From an uncultured virus (IMG/VR IMGVR_UViG_2687453727_000003) (taxonomy: Duplodnaviria; Heunggongvirae; Uroviricota; Caudoviricetes): a stretch of 64,000 nucleotides of DNA. Positions 1-9,450 of the stretch are shown here, piece after piece (position 1 is the stretch's first letter; each line of letters opens with the position of its first letter). The stretch is taken from the IMG/VR virus record IMGVR_UViG_2687453727_000003; one strand, given 5' to 3'. The position numbers were made by a program, and so were the translations under genes. The notes under the pieces were generated by a model that had not been told where the DNA came from, made no database searches, and worked only from the letters and a program-made list of their open reading frames with translations.

Positions 1-693
1 GTGTTTAAAATTAAGGAATATGAAATTGAAGATGTAGATTTAGGAACTGCTAAAAATTTAAAAAAAGAAATTTGTGAGAAGTATAGAGTTATTCCAATAA
101 AAGAAAAATTGGACGAGGTAATAGTTTTGTCATATGGAGTAACTGAAGAAGCAAAAGAATATCTAAGATTTATATATAACAAAAACATAGTTATCAAAGA
201 AATCGAAGAGAGAAATTACGAAAGCTTAAAAAATATAATATTTGGTATAGATGATAAATCATTAGAAGAGATATTGATAACTAATGCAATAAAGGTTAAT
301 GCCAGCGACATTCATATAGAACCTCAAAATGGATGTGTTTATGTACGATATAGAATTAATGGCAGTTTAGTTTTGGTGCACAAAATAGATTCTGATGAAT
401 ATATAACTCTTGCATCGAAGATTAAGCTCAAAGCTAATATGGACATAACTGAAAAAAGAAGACCTCAAGATGGAAAAATAATAGTTAATTATAATAATCT
501 AAAATACGATTTAAGAGTATCTTCAATACCTGTAGTATACGGAGAAAAATTAGTAATTAGAATATTATATTGTGATAACTTTGATTATAATCTTGAGGAC
601 TTAGGATTTTCAGAAAGTCAAATTAAACTGATTAGAAAAATAATATCTTTGAAGAACGGACTTATATTAATAAGTGGCCCAACTGGTTCGTGA
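1..693 (+). pseudogene. comGA: 5' half of ComGA/PilB/GspE-family competence/type IV pilus assembly ATPase, truncated by prophage insertion
   Basis: Motifs ASDIHIEP, RYRING, MDITEKRRPQDG, LRVSSIPVVYGEKLVIR. The ORF stops inside Walker A (SGPTGS-stop instead of GPTGSGKS/T), right where the integrase ends. Confidence 0.9.
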
Positions 694-715
694 ATAAAAG
701 TGCAACAAAAGAGGA
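665..715. other. attL host/prophage junction (approximate)
   Basis: Host ATPase coding sequence ends abruptly at ggcccaactggttcg-tga, next to a serine integrase. The exact crossover cannot be fixed without attR. Confidence 0.75.
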
Positions 716-2388
716 TCGTTAGTAATTTCTTTTATGAAGGTATTATAGCGTTTTTTTTTACTTCCACCAGAACCTATAGGATATATTTCTAGCAGCTCTG
801 TCTCAGCATCATATATTATTTCTTCGATTAAAAAATTTATAATCCTTCTTTTACTTTCAATAGATTCATTTTTTATATTCACACATTTATCTAATACTGC
901 ATTTATAAATTCAATATCATAAAGCTCAGAAGAATTATTTTCTATATTTTCTCCTATGGATTTCAAGTTTTCTTCTAACTGGGAGATTTCAGTTTTAAGT
1001 GATCTTATTTTATTCATAAAAATATCTAGTAAATCATCGGCTACAGATAATTTATCAAGTAATCCATTCAACTGTTTTGTTTTATTTGCTATTTGCTTTT
1101 CGAGAGTTGATTTTTTCAGTTTATTTTCTTTTAACTTTTTATTTTCTTTTTTAGACTTTAGTATTCTATCTAAAAAGGCTTGTTTATTTTTAGCCATTTC
1201 TACTAAGCTATCTAATACGCACTCATCTACTTTGTCTCCAATTAAATTTTTACTATTACAGAGTTGCCCACTGCTACGCCTTTTCAAATTACATCTATAA
1301 TAAACTTTACATAATCCGGTTTCATTAAGTCTACGGCCAAGTGTTATTCCCATTGAGCTTCCGCAGCATTTACACTTTAATTTGCTAGTAAGTAAAGCAT
1401 TATTAGTCTTACCAAGGTTAGGAGATAGAGCACTATTAGTCTTAAGTTGCTTTTGAGCTTTTAACCAGGTATCAGAATCAATAAAGCCTTCACATCTTTT
1501 ACTTACCGCTGCAATCCATTCAGATTTATCTTTAAAAGGGGTCGTTTTTTTACCATCTCTAGCTATCACAGATGTTTTATTGTACTCTAAGATTCCATGA
1601 ATGCCATCTGGAGAGCCGAAAACATTAATACCATCATCTTCAAGATATTTTAGAATTTCGTCTGAACTTTTAGCATAAAGAGGATTTTTCAAAATTTTAT
1701 GCATTGTAGAGGTTGCGAAAAGTTTACCCGAAGGTGCACATATACCATTGTTCATTAGATATCTTTCGGTTTGGTGTATAGATCCAAGCTTTAGATATGT
1801 GTCATAAAGCAGCTGTACTAATTTTACTTCATCAGGTTCTTGAACTAAAAATGAGATTGCTTTTTCATTGCCATTTTCGTCATAACAAGTTTCTCTTTTT
1901 CTAGAATATCCAAGAGGGGGAGAACCGCCCAACCATTGCCCATTCTTTGCAAGCTCTATCATATTATCCCTTACACGTTCTGCAATCGTCTCACGCTCTA
2001 ATTGGGCAAATACAGAGGCGATATAAATCATAGCTCGTCCCATTGGACTTGTAGTGTCAAATTGTTCTCTTATACTTACAAAGTCAACTCCATAGACTTG
2101 AAGTTCATCAAGAGTAGATGAGAAGTCAGCAACATTACGAGAGATACGATCTAGCCTATAACATATTAAAACATTAAATTTCTCTTTCTTTATATCATTT
2201 AGTAGTTTTTGAAACTCAGGTCTGTTAGTATTTTTACCACTGAAGCCTTCATCTTCATAAATGGAATACTCAATTTTTTTATTTTTATATAGGTTTTCTA
2301 TGTAGTCTTTACACATTTGAATTTGATTACCAATGGAATCGCCTTTGCCTGTGTATTTGGATTTTCTTGAGTAAATAGCAACTTTCAT
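667..2388 (-). CDS. Large serine recombinase (phage integrase)
   Basis: N-terminal catalytic KVAIYSRKS and RLDRISR motifs, recombinase domain, zinc ribbon (CKCCGS...YYRC...C) and coiled coil. ATG at 2388 follows an AGGAG RBS. Confidence 0.95.
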   Translation of the reverse strand: MKVAIYSRKSKYTGKGDSIGNQIQMCKDYIENLYKNKKIEYSIYEDEGFSGKNTNRPEFQKLLNDIKKEKFNVLICYRLDRISRNVADFSSTLDELQVYGVDFVSIREQFDTTSPMGRAMIYIASVFAQLERETIAERVRDNMIELAKNGQWLGGSPPLGYSRKRETCYDENGNEKAISFLVQEPDEVKLVQLLYDTYLKLGSIHQTERYLMNNGICAPSGKLFATSTMHKILKNPLYAKSSDEILKYLEDDGINVFGSPDGIHGILEYNKTSVIARDGKKTTPFKDKSEWIAAVSKRCEGFIDSDTWLKAQKQLKTNSALSPNLGKTNNALLTSKLKCKCCGSSMGITLGRRLNETGLCKVYYRCNLKRRSSGQLCNSKNLIGDKVDECVLDSLVEMAKNKQAFLDRILKSKKENKKLKENKLKKSTLEKQIANKTKQLNGLLDKLSVADDLLDIFMNKIRSLKTEISQLEENLKSIGENIENNSSELYDIEFINAVLDKCVNIKNESIESKRRIINFLIEEIIYDAETELLEIYPIGSGGSKKKRYNTFIKEITNDPLLLHFYSRTSWATY

Positions 2389-2402
2389 ATTTATCACTCC
2401 TA

Positions 2403-2472
2403 AGAATATATGTTTGTATTTTATTAGAAATATTATAACATTATTTAATAGGTTGTGCGAATATATGTTTGC
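2403..2472 (-). promoter_or_regulatory. Integrase promoter flanked by two LexA/DinR-like boxes
   Basis: GAATATATGTTTG occurs at about 2404 and 2459 (one mismatch to GAAC-N4-GTTY). An extended -10 TGTTATAAT lies between them on the minus strand. Confidence 0.55.
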
Positions 2473-2608
2473 TATAAATATAAGTATAGATAATAAATGA
2501 ATGTTATATTTAAATATATTAATATAGGAATAATTTGTTGCAATTTAACAAATTTTGGGGTATTATTTAAATGTCTCCCTAATGAAATATGAATAAGGAG
2601 TGATTGGT

Positions 2609-2698
2609 ATGTTATATTATATAACTATATTCGCTCTATGTTTAAATATTGTAAATAGTAGCATCTCTATTTACAATAACATTAGAGTGTCTAAATAA
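2609..2698 (+). CDS. 29-aa hydrophobic peptide, candidate type I toxin
   Basis: MLYYITIFALCLNIVNSSISIYNNIRVSK after an AAGGAG RBS. Upstream TTGCAA-17-TATTAT promoter. The unit is bracketed by a 12-bp inverted repeat. Confidence 0.55.
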   Translation: MLYYITIFALCLNIVNSSISIYNNIRVSK

Positions 2699-3501
2699 TT
2701 TTACTACCAGTCATTCGTTGGGTAAGGAACTTTCTGACAAGGAATCGCAGGTTCCATCTAAATCATTAGGGAGATTTTGAGTAAGTGTTAATGCAGTTAT
2801 AAATTATATTTATACTAAAAAGTATATAAATTAAATAAATATGCATAATATATCATCTATAGAAATATAGGTGTTTTTAATTTGACTACAATTATAAAGT
2901 GTTAGGAGAGAACAAATATAAATGATAATTAGGAAATGATTTATTATAGAAAAATTGTAGAATATATATAGAAAGTCTATAAGAAATTGCCTGTAGAGTA
3001 GTTTAGAATTATACGTGTGAGAAAAAATAGAGTTTTAGAGTTATTAGAAAGACTCCAATAAAAAGTAGATTGTGTATGGAACATTTCGTTAAGTTCATAA
3101 TATGCTAAGCTGTCAAATTGAAAATCTACAGAAGAGTAACAAATTTAGTTTTAATTTATAAATATTTTTTGTTATTAATAAAGTAATTAGTGCATAATGA
3201 TTAATAATACTATTACGATTGCATTTATGATGACTTTATTAAAAATGAGAAATATGCTTTATTTTATATAGTTTATAAATAATTTTATTAGGATTTACAA
3301 GTATTTAGAAGGAATTTGTATGTTTTTATAGAAATTTATAATATAAACAAGTATTATTTTATTTATTAATAATAAGATGTACACAGCTTTAGTTTTTTTT
3401 GAATACATTGGTAAAAGGGTACTATATAGTATATTCTGAAGAAATAAGTAGTTGTGTATTTTAACTATTTATAATACATAATACAATGTTGGAGGTGCAA
3501 T

Positions 3502-4041
3502 ATGAATCAGTCATTAAGAGGACAAATAAATGATTTGGCAGATAAAGTAAGAGAAGCGTTTAATATAACTACGCCAATTTATGATATTGAGGAAGTAGTG
3601 AGAATATTTGGTGGAAATATACTGATGGAAAATAATTTAGAAAATTTTGCAGATGCAAAGATTGAAAAATCTGATAATTCTTTTATAATAACCGTTTCAA
3701 ATAACCAATCCGCAGAAAGAAAAAAATTTTCCATTGCACATGAATTAGGTCATCTTTTCTTGCATATGGGCTATTGTATAGATAAGGATATGTGGGAATC
3801 AAATGAGAATAATAGATATTTCAGAAATTTATCAGGCGAAATGGAATATCAAGCTCATGAATTTGCAGCAGCTTTCTTAATGCCTAAAAATGAATTCGTG
3901 AAGGTTATGCAACAAAATTTAAAATTAATTGACAACGAATATATTTACGATATGGATGCAGTAGCAGACTATTTTAAAGTTTCGGTTCCAGCTGCTATAA
4001 ATAGAGGGAAATGGTTAAATATGATTAGCTGGAATAATTAA
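3502..4041 (+). CDS. ImmA/IrrE-family Zn metallo-endopeptidase
   Basis: RKKFSIAHELGH (HExxH), EYQAHEFAAAFLMP, and C-terminal VADYFKVS HTH-like segment; GGAGG RBS. Confidence 0.92.
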   Translation: MNQSLRGQINDLADKVREAFNITTPIYDIEEVVRIFGGNILMENNLENFADAKIEKSDNSFIITVSNNQSAERKKFSIAHELGHLFLHMGYCIDKDMWESNENNRYFRNLSGEMEYQAHEFAAAFLMPKNEFVKVMQQNLKLIDNEYIYDMDAVADYFKVSVPAAINRGKWLNMISWNN

Positions 4042-4059
4042 TTATATTTGGAGGTTTAT

Positions 4060-5502
4060 GTGGGGGGAAATGGTATAAACATTAATAATGTAGTAATTAA
4101 AGCTAATGAAAAGTTGAGAGAAACAAATGTACGAGAAACGATAATGGAAGCAAATTCGCTAATAGTTGAAGAAGAATTAATCTTATTTGTATCATTTGAT
4201 TTAGTTAACTCAACAAAATTTAAAACTTACAATTATTCAAATTGGTTTGATGCTATATTTACTATAACAAAATCAATAAGAAAAGAAGTCGAACAAATAG
4301 ATGAAAATTTTCAACTTTGGAGATCCATAGGTGATGAAGTAGTTTTTACTGTGGTTGTATGTGATGAAAAAAAGCTAGAAGATATAATTCAAAAATTATT
4401 TTGCATACTTAATAAAATTCATATGGAAATAAAAAGTGGGGAAATTTTTAAAAATGGATCTTTTAAAGATCGAGAGATTGAAGAATTGAGAGAACAAAAC
4501 ATACTATCAGTTAAAGCAACTAGTTGGATTGCATTAGTTTCTAAAGATAATAGTAATAGAGGGAGTAGTTTAAAATATAATATAGAATATGAATATTCAA
4601 TTGCAGATGATACAAGAGTTGTAGAATTTCAGGGTAATGATATAGATACTGGATTTAGAATATCTAAGAGGTTTACTAATCCGAGGAGATTGACACTAAG
4701 TTTAGAGCTTGCATATATGTTGTCTAAAAGTAAAAAGAGTAAACCAAAGTTACATATTATAGGTTATGATAGGCTAAGGGGTATTTGGGATCAAAAATTG
4801 TATCCAATAATTTGGTATCATGATGAATATGAGGCAGGAACATCTCTTAGAGATAGTTTTTTTTATGATGAAAATGAAGAACAAGAATTAGTAAAGAAAT
4901 ATATTGAAAATATTAGAAAGGAAGAAACGAATGGTAAAAACCTTTCGGTTATCGATATAAGCACAATTCTTGAAAAAATAATAGCAGATAGGAATCTTGT
5001 ATTTAAAATGGATAAAATCTATAAGAATTTTGATCAAAGCAGAGTCTACTCATCTAGTAAAGCTTTGAATATTCCTAGCGAGTATATAGAAATACATTGT
5101 GTCGCTGTATGTATGAATAGTGAAGGGAAAATATTCATGGCGCAACGTAGTGATACGCGGAAGACGTTTCCTGGGTTATGGGAGTTTGGATGTTGCAAGA
5201 TGATAATAGGGAAGAACTTCTCTGAGGTTTTAGTAGAGGGATATAAAAAAGAATTTAATATAGATATAAAAGTTGAGGAACCTTTTAAAGATTATTATTT
5301 TATGAAAGGCAATGTTAAAATCCCAGGAATAAGGTATAAAGCTAAAATTACTAATTGTGAAAATATTGATATAAAAGGCAAAAATAAATATAAAGATTAT
5401 AAATTTGTAGATATCGAAGAATTTGAAAAAATGAGAAAAGATGATATATTGAGTTACCAAGAATTTAAAGATATTATTTTAGAACTAATCAATTATAAGT
5501 GA
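4060..5502 (+). CDS. Class III nucleotide cyclase-like domain fused to a C-terminal NUDIX-fold domain (PycC-like)
   Basis: Cyclase motifs LFVSFDLVNSTK, WRSIGDEVVF and FQGNDIDTGFRISK. C-terminal HCVAVC..GKIFMAQRS..FPGLWEFG..KEFNI is NUDIX-like. GTG at 4060 follows GGAGG; the ORF is open from 4048. Confidence 0.75.
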   Translation: MGGNGININNVVIKANEKLRETNVRETIMEANSLIVEEELILFVSFDLVNSTKFKTYNYSNWFDAIFTITKSIRKEVEQIDENFQLWRSIGDEVVFTVVVCDEKKLEDIIQKLFCILNKIHMEIKSGEIFKNGSFKDREIEELREQNILSVKATSWIALVSKDNSNRGSSLKYNIEYEYSIADDTRVVEFQGNDIDTGFRISKRFTNPRRLTLSLELAYMLSKSKKSKPKLHIIGYDRLRGIWDQKLYPIIWYHDEYEAGTSLRDSFFYDENEEQELVKKYIENIRKEETNGKNLSVIDISTILEKIIADRNLVFKMDKIYKNFDQSRVYSSSKALNIPSEYIEIHCVAVCMNSEGKIFMAQRSDTRKTFPGLWEFGCCKMIIGKNFSEVLVEGYKKEFNIDIKVEEPFKDYYFMKGNVKIPGIRYKAKITNCENIDIKGKNKYKDYKFVDIEEFEKMRKDDILSYQEFKDIILELINYK

Positions 5503-5514
5503 GGGGATGGCTAT

Positions 5515-6015
5515 ATGGATAATGCTAGGTTTATTTTGCAGAAAGATATGGATAGATTTGATGAGTATATATTAAGGGCAGATAATAAAGCAAACTTTAT
5601 TTTAACAATTTGTGGAGCATTAATTGTGGCGAACATGTATCAAAGTAAGGATTTGATGACAAGGGTAAGCCAAGGTATTATGAAAAATGTTATATTAATT
5701 GATATGTTTGTAATTAATGCAAGTTTAATTATATCAATAGGATTAGCACTATTAACAATTATTCCAAGAACTCCAAAAGGAACGTATAATTCTGTATTTT
5801 ATTTTGAAGACATAAAGAGTTTTGAGGGAGATGACTTATATCAAAATATATCCCAAATGGAAGAAACTTCTCTATTAAAAGATTTATCTAAACAAGTGAA
5901 TGAACTTTCTAGAATATGTAGCAAAAAAATGTCAAAAATAAAATTATCTTATTTTTGGTTAGGGATTGGTATTGTGTCAATTTTTTTCTTATCTATAATT
6001 AATATAGTCATTTAA
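5515..6015 (+). CDS. Pycsar-type transmembrane effector (PycTM/DUF5706-like)
   Basis: RADNKA before TM1, IPR..SVFYFEDI, LSKQVNELSRICSKK, and three hydrophobic segments, as in the Pycsar effector family. Confidence 0.85.
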   Translation: MDNARFILQKDMDRFDEYILRADNKANFILTICGALIVANMYQSKDLMTRVSQGIMKNVILIDMFVINASLIISIGLALLTIIPRTPKGTYNSVFYFEDIKSFEGDDLYQNISQMEETSLLKDLSKQVNELSRICSKKMSKIKLSYFWLGIGIVSIFFLSIINIVI

Positions 6016-6124
6016 AAAGTGAAAGATTAGTAGATTAAAAGCTCAATACATCTGTATATAATATATTTAAAGTTATGATATTAGTTATATAAGTACACTT
6101 TTAAAAGAGGAGAACTATTTTTAA

Positions 6125-6250
6125 GAGAAAGATAAAAGAAAAGGACCCTCCCATCAAGTAAAGTCCTTTTCTAACCCAAAATAACATCTAATAGCCCTAA
6201 AATTAAAAACGTTCTAGGGAAAGTTAGTGTTACAGCACTAACTTTTCTTA
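6125..6250 (-). ncRNA. Candidate structured small RNA
   Basis: Extended -10 TGATATAAT at 6256-6264 on the minus strand, followed by three hairpins (6219-6246, 6195-6219, 6137-6172). The last has a U-rich tail. Confidence 0.45.
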
Positions 6251-6346
6251 TTTATATTATATCAAATATTTAAAGAAAATAAACATCAATTTTCATAAAT
6301 TAATTAATGAAAAGAGTTTAAAATAATTTAGAATTTCCAAATTTTT

Positions 6347-6443
6347 AATACCACAATGTTCAAAAATGAATTTGTGGTATTTTTGTTATTTTATAGAATT
6401 TGTTCAACGAAATATGATACAATAAATACATATTTGCAGTATT
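6347..6443 (+). repeat. Terminator+promoter unit, copy 1
   Basis: About 95 bp similar to 10485-10579: an aataccac...gtggtatt hairpin with T-run, then TGnTACAAT. Confidence 0.75.
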
Positions 6444-6476
6444 ATGTATTTATTGCAATTTATAGGGGGTGACAGA

Positions 6477-7253
6477 TTGAGTATTTCGATTATAAAAGAT
6501 TATCTACCAGTAATTACAGCAGTTGTTGTAGCTTTCTTAACTTACTTATTGGGTCTTAGAAAAAGAAAAAAAGATAAGTTTAATTTACAAATGGAAGTCG
6601 GATTGAAAGAAATACTAAGCCCGATGTTTAATACGATTAGAGTTATAAAGAGAGAAGAAAGCGCTTTTCAAAGAGAAAAATTATTAAAAAACTTTTTTGA
6701 AAAATATAGCTATCAAGATACTAATGTATTTGAAATTCCAAGTAGAATAATCCATGATTTATATTATGAATGTGATAATCTTTTTCTTAAATTTATTAAG
6801 GAAAGAAGTGATGATAGTTGGGATGCGTTTTGGATATATTTTGATAGATTCGATAAAGAGATAGTTAAAGAATATAAAACAATAAGAGAGAATGTTTATT
6901 TAGATTATAAATGGTTAATGTGTTTAAATGAAAAGAATTACTTTATAAGAATTTTTCTAGAAGCATGTGCATCAATATTTGAAATGGCAAAAGTTTTAAT
7001 AATGGGTTCTTGCATAGTTATTTTCATTATAATAATGGATAACATTCAAGGCAAAAAAACAATACCAGATAATACAATCATATGGGTGTCTATGACATTG
7101 ATAGGAAGTCTTTTAGTATATGGTTTATTGCGTATGACTATTTTAATAGAATATTGTTTGACCAAACAAATGCAACTAAATAGAAAGAACATAAATATTG
7201 ATATAGAAAAGGAAAAAAAGAAAATAAAAATACCTAAGATGTATAAAAAATAA
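6477..7253 (+). CDS. Hypothetical membrane protein (N-terminal TM, two C-terminal TMs)
   Basis: Long ORF with hydrophobic segments; TTG start after a GGGGGTG RBS. Confidence 0.7.
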   Translation: MSISIIKDYLPVITAVVVAFLTYLLGLRKRKKDKFNLQMEVGLKEILSPMFNTIRVIKREESAFQREKLLKNFFEKYSYQDTNVFEIPSRIIHDLYYECDNLFLKFIKERSDDSWDAFWIYFDRFDKEIVKEYKTIRENVYLDYKWLMCLNEKNYFIRIFLEACASIFEMAKVLIMGSCIVIFIIIMDNIQGKKTIPDNTIIWVSMTLIGSLLVYGLLRMTILIEYCLTKQMQLNRKNINIDIEKEKKKIKIPKMYKK

Positions 7254-7506
7254 AACAATTTTAGCAAGAGAAATTGGGTAAGATGAGTTAGTAAAAAGAG
7301 CTTCAAGTATAAATCCAACTACTGTTTTTAAGCAACAGCAAAATACAACTAAAAAATAATTGATTATATAAACTTTTAAGATAAAGATATGTTTATATGA
7401 ATGGAGATTAAATAAAAAAAGTCTTATAAAAAGGTCTGGCTATTTATTAAATATTAGCCGATTAAGTATTAGATGTACATCATTTTTAGCTAAATTAAAA
7501 GGTAAG

Positions 7507-8328
7507 GTGAGAAATTTGAAGAAGTGGAAGACGGTATTAATTAGTTATATAGATTATTGTAATAATAATTATTTTATTGAAAATAGATTGAGAGATTTAA
7601 CATTTCCACTTAATTTTAATAATTTTTATTATTCAAAATTAAGTAGGAAATCTCAAATTGGTGTAAAGAGCATTGAAAAAAATACATTGGAATTAATTTT
7701 AATTTATTATAAAATTCACAAGTTATATGGTAAATACAAAAAAAAAGATACTAGCAAATATAGATATATATTGAAAACTGAATTAGAACACTTTATTCTA
7801 CGTTATAGGCTGGTTGTGGATAAGTTAGAATTATTAAAAAAGGATTTTGATGATTTGAAAATAAATTGGTCGAATGTAGATTACTTTACACAATCAGAAG
7901 AGTATAATCAATTGCTTAAAATAAGAAATGATATTGCACACGAAAGTATAAGAAGTCATGTTTTTTGTAGTGATATATTACAGAGAGAAGCATTTCAATT
8001 TTATACTAATCGAAATCTAGATAATAATATATATCTTCATGAGGTATTTTTAAATCCAAACGGTACTGAAATATATGATTTAAAGCGATGGCTTACATGG
8101 ATGTTAGTTTTAATATATAATTTTATGGATGACATTATGAAAGATATTACAAATGCTATTACTAATAAATATGATATGGATTCTAAAAAAATCAATCAAA
8201 TTAAACAATATGATATTTTGGTGAATAATAAAAGTTCTACAGTACCTATTATAGATGATGAAATTATCATTTTTAAGAATGGAATGTATGAGTTGATAAA
8301 ACATATTAAGGAATATAAAAATTATTAA
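7507..8328 (+). CDS. HEPN-like protein (RxxxxH), putative RNase/abortive infection effector
   Basis: KIRNDIAH motif in a helical protein; paralogous to the split gene downstream (shared EHFILR and TWML blocks). Confidence 0.6.
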   Translation: MRNLKKWKTVLISYIDYCNNNYFIENRLRDLTFPLNFNNFYYSKLSRKSQIGVKSIEKNTLELILIYYKIHKLYGKYKKKDTSKYRYILKTELEHFILRYRLVVDKLELLKKDFDDLKINWSNVDYFTQSEEYNQLLKIRNDIAHESIRSHVFCSDILQREAFQFYTNRNLDNNIYLHEVFLNPNGTEIYDLKRWLTWMLVLIYNFMDDIMKDITNAITNKYDMDSKKINQIKQYDILVNNKSSTVPIIDDEIIIFKNGMYELIKHIKEYKNY

Positions 8329-8590
8329 TGTAATTTAATTTGGAGGATAATATATAAATGAATGAAAAGTTAACTCAAGTGAGAAAAGGATTTAAACAAA
8401 TATTTAATTCCTCAGAGTTGTATAGACCAACATACCCATTAAACTTTGTTGAAAATCTTTCGGATAATGATGAAATTTGGGAAAAAGATATTTCTGGTTC
8501 TGTCGACAAAGAAATTAGATACTTATTTTTTATATATATGAAAATAATTTCTGAATTTGGACCTAGGTCAATAATTTGGACACATTTTTA

Positions 8591-9415
8591 TTAAATTACT
8601 TTCTTTACTAAATCCTCTTTCATTTGTGGAGTAATATAACCAATAGAGCCGTGAATTCTTTTACGGTTATACCATGATTCGATAAATATAAATAAATCTA
8701 GTTTTGCGCTTTCAAAATCCAAGTATTGAACATTGTTCACTTGTTCTTTTTTCAAAATTGAATGAAAAGACTCAATACAGGCATTATCATAAGGGCATCC
8801 TTTTCTGCTATTAGAGCTTTTCATTTTGTATTTTTTTAATCTATTAAGAAAATCTGTGCTCGTATATTGTACTCCAAGATCAGAGTGAAAAATAACGGAG
8901 CCGACAGGCTGTTGAAGTGTATACGCATTATCTAAAGCAGCTATCGCTACGGAAGCATCCATTGTTTTTGAAAATGAATATCCAATTATCTTTCTTGTGA
9001 ATAAATCCATAACAGATGCCAAATAGCACCATCCATCTTTTAGGGTATAGATATAAGTTATGTCTCCAACCCATTTCTCGTTTATTTCATTAGTAGTAAA
9101 ATCTTGATTAAGGAGATTTTTTCGTTCTATAACTTTTCTATTAGCTTTTGCAGGTCTAAATTTCTTAATTACTATCGAATGTATATTTAACTGCTTCATA
9201 AAACGTTGAACTCTTTTAATACTAATTTTATGTCCTGATTGTTCAAGGATTTTTTGAATTTTGGGCGCACCATACCTACGATTACTTTCAGTATAAATTT
9301 TAAGTATTCGATCTTTTAGAGTTTCATTTTCCAACGTCCTTCGGGACGGAGTATAGTGATGAGATTGATAGTAAGTGCTTTTGGGCATGTGTAAGACTTT
9401 ACACATCAATCTCAC
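8591..9415 (-). CDS. IS3 transposase OrfB (DDE/rve)
   Basis: WVGDITYI, FHSDLGVQY and DNACIESFH motifs. Confidence 0.95.
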   Translation of the reverse strand: MRLMCKVLHMPKSTYYQSHHYTPSRRTLENETLKDRILKIYTESNRRYGAPKIQKILEQSGHKISIKRVQRFMKQLNIHSIVIKKFRPAKANRKVIERKNLLNQDFTTNEINEKWVGDITYIYTLKDGWCYLASVMDLFTRKIIGYSFSKTMDASVAIAALDNAYTLQQPVGSVIFHSDLGVQYTSTDFLNRLKKYKMKSSNSRKGCPYDNACIESFHSILKKEQVNNVQYLDFESAKLDLFIFIESWYNRKRIHGSIGYITPQMKEDLVKKVI

Positions 9416-9450
9416 TGGATAAATCGATTTATTATCATCAATAAATTTAA

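Noticed and set aside
956..1300. Antisense ORFs in the track (956-1300, 11553-11864, 41358-41837, 42178-42540, 43504-43887 and similar)
   Set aside because: Shadows of real genes on the opposite strand, lacking RBS and motifs.
3085..3120. dif/Xer-like or attC-like site
   Set aside because: Only a weak partial match in very AT-rich DNA, with no second copy.
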